Shown piece after piece: positions 51,464 to 52,163 of a stretch of DNA of 52,163 bases. Numbering within the stretch: position 1 is the stretch's first letter; each line of letters begins with the position of its first letter. Below the pieces are notes generated by a model. It was not told the origin of the DNA. It was given only the letters and a program-made list of their open reading frames with translations, and made no database searches. The DNA lies in contig RFMS01000123.1 of the NCBI GenBank assembly GCA_009927575.1, forward strand, positions 1-52,163. The letters run 5' to 3'. The position numbers were made by a program, and so were the translations under genes. The DNA is from Actinomycetota bacterium. Its GTDB lineage: Bacteria; Actinomycetota; Actinomycetes; Nanopelagicales; Nanopelagicaceae.

Positions 51464-52163
51464 TTAATTAATGCGAGCAACGACGAGTGGTAATCGTTTC
51501 ACGACTTCCGCAGAAGCGGAAATTTCCGTTGCTCCAACCAGTGCATCCAAAGCGAGTTCAAATCGAGCTGGTTCGTCGGTGTGAAGTGTGAATAATGGTG
51601 AACCGGCTCTGACTTTCTCGCCAGGTTTTGCATGAATTTCAATTCCTGCACCTGCTTGTACTTTCTCTCCTTGCCGAGAACGGCCTGCACCTAAACGCCA
51701 TGCCGCAACTCCTACTTTCAAGGCATCCATTTCAATAATGGTTCCAGTTGATTCTGCATTGACGATATGTCGTTCACGCGCGGTTGGCAGTGGTGCATCA
51801 GGATCGCCACCTTGCATAGTGATCATTTTTCGCCATCGATCCATTGCCGAACCATTTTTCAATGCAACTTCTGGATCACTATCTACACCAGCCATCGATA
51901 ACATTTCGCGGGCGAGAATTAACGTTAATTCAACAACATCGCTTGGCCCCCCACCAGCAAGTACTTCTAGAGTTTCGCGAACTTCTAACGCGTTTCCTAC
52001 CGTCAATCCCAGCGGTACATCCATTGCAGTGACAAGCGCTCTGGTTTTTACACCTGCTCGTTTACCAAGTTCAACCATTGTCTTAGCTAAATTTTCTGCT
52101 TGGCTCGGATCGCTCATGAACGCACCGCTTCCGGTTTTCACATCGAGCACGAGTGATTCTGTG
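51464..52163 (-). CDS. deoA: thymidine (pyrimidine-nucleoside) phosphorylase, C-terminal part; gene continues past the right edge
   Basis: The frame is open to the window end (TESLVLDVKTGSGAFM...). LGLTVGNALEVRETLEVLAGGGP plus the C-terminal alpha/beta domain. Confidence 0.85.
   Translation of the reverse strand, partial: TESLVLDVKTGSGAFMSDPSQAENLAKTMVELGKRAGVKTRALVTAMDVPLGLTVGNALEVRETLEVLAGGGPSDVVELTLILAREMLSMAGVDSDPEVALKNGSAMDRWRKMITMQGGDPDAPLPTARERHIVNAESTGTIIEMDALKVGVAAWRLGAGRSRQGEKVQAGAGIEIHAKPGEKVRAGSPLFTLHTDEPARFELALDALVGATEISASAEVVKRLPLVVARIN

Overview
The window is a very gene-dense stretch of core chromosome (about 97% coding; the largest non-coding gap is 119 nt). It appears to come from a streamlined, relatively low-GC (about 45-50% by eye) member of the Actinomycetota. 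Lineage markers support this: a WhiB regulator, mshB, the DUF3499, DUF3107 and DUF3117 families, the accD5-accE-maf-accA3 cluster with birA, and an LCP protein. From memory, the gene order forms blocks syntenic with Mycobacterium tuberculosis: whiB2..pmmA..sahH, mshB..fdxC/dapC, htrA-tatB..mrp, dapD..LOG, purEK-birA-accD5..accA3, and deoD-pmmB..add-deoA.

I call 57 protein-coding genes, two of them truncated at the window edges. I found no rRNA, tRNA, CRISPR array, transposase, integrase or phage genes, and no recognisable defence genes.

The strongest non-annotation signal is technical or evolutionary. About 21 single-base indels break at least 15 otherwise perfectly conserved housekeeping genes. 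I interpret these mainly as consensus sequencing errors. I list those genes as frame-disrupted (type pseudogene, as sequenced).

A second structural regularity is extreme compaction. Co-directional genes are chained by ATGA/GTGA/TTGA overlaps. All nine convergent gene pairs end within 21 nt of each other, and three pairs share a palindromic TTAA double stop.

I do not see a convincing novel system. The best leads are conserved but uncharacterised actinobacterial modules:
- a giant GT2-membrane protein with a secreted partner and DUF3499 next to whiB
- a soluble MgtE-N/CBS protein coupled to DUF1003
- a stand-alone sigma region 4 protein near DUF3117
- a catalytic-domain-less aldehyde dehydrogenase paralog coupled to a full-length one
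- a SpoIID-like/ABC-2 exporter/GT2/LCP/Ugd envelope cluster

All product calls rest on motif recognition by eye. Coordinates I derived myself (internal starts, indel positions) may be off by a few nt.
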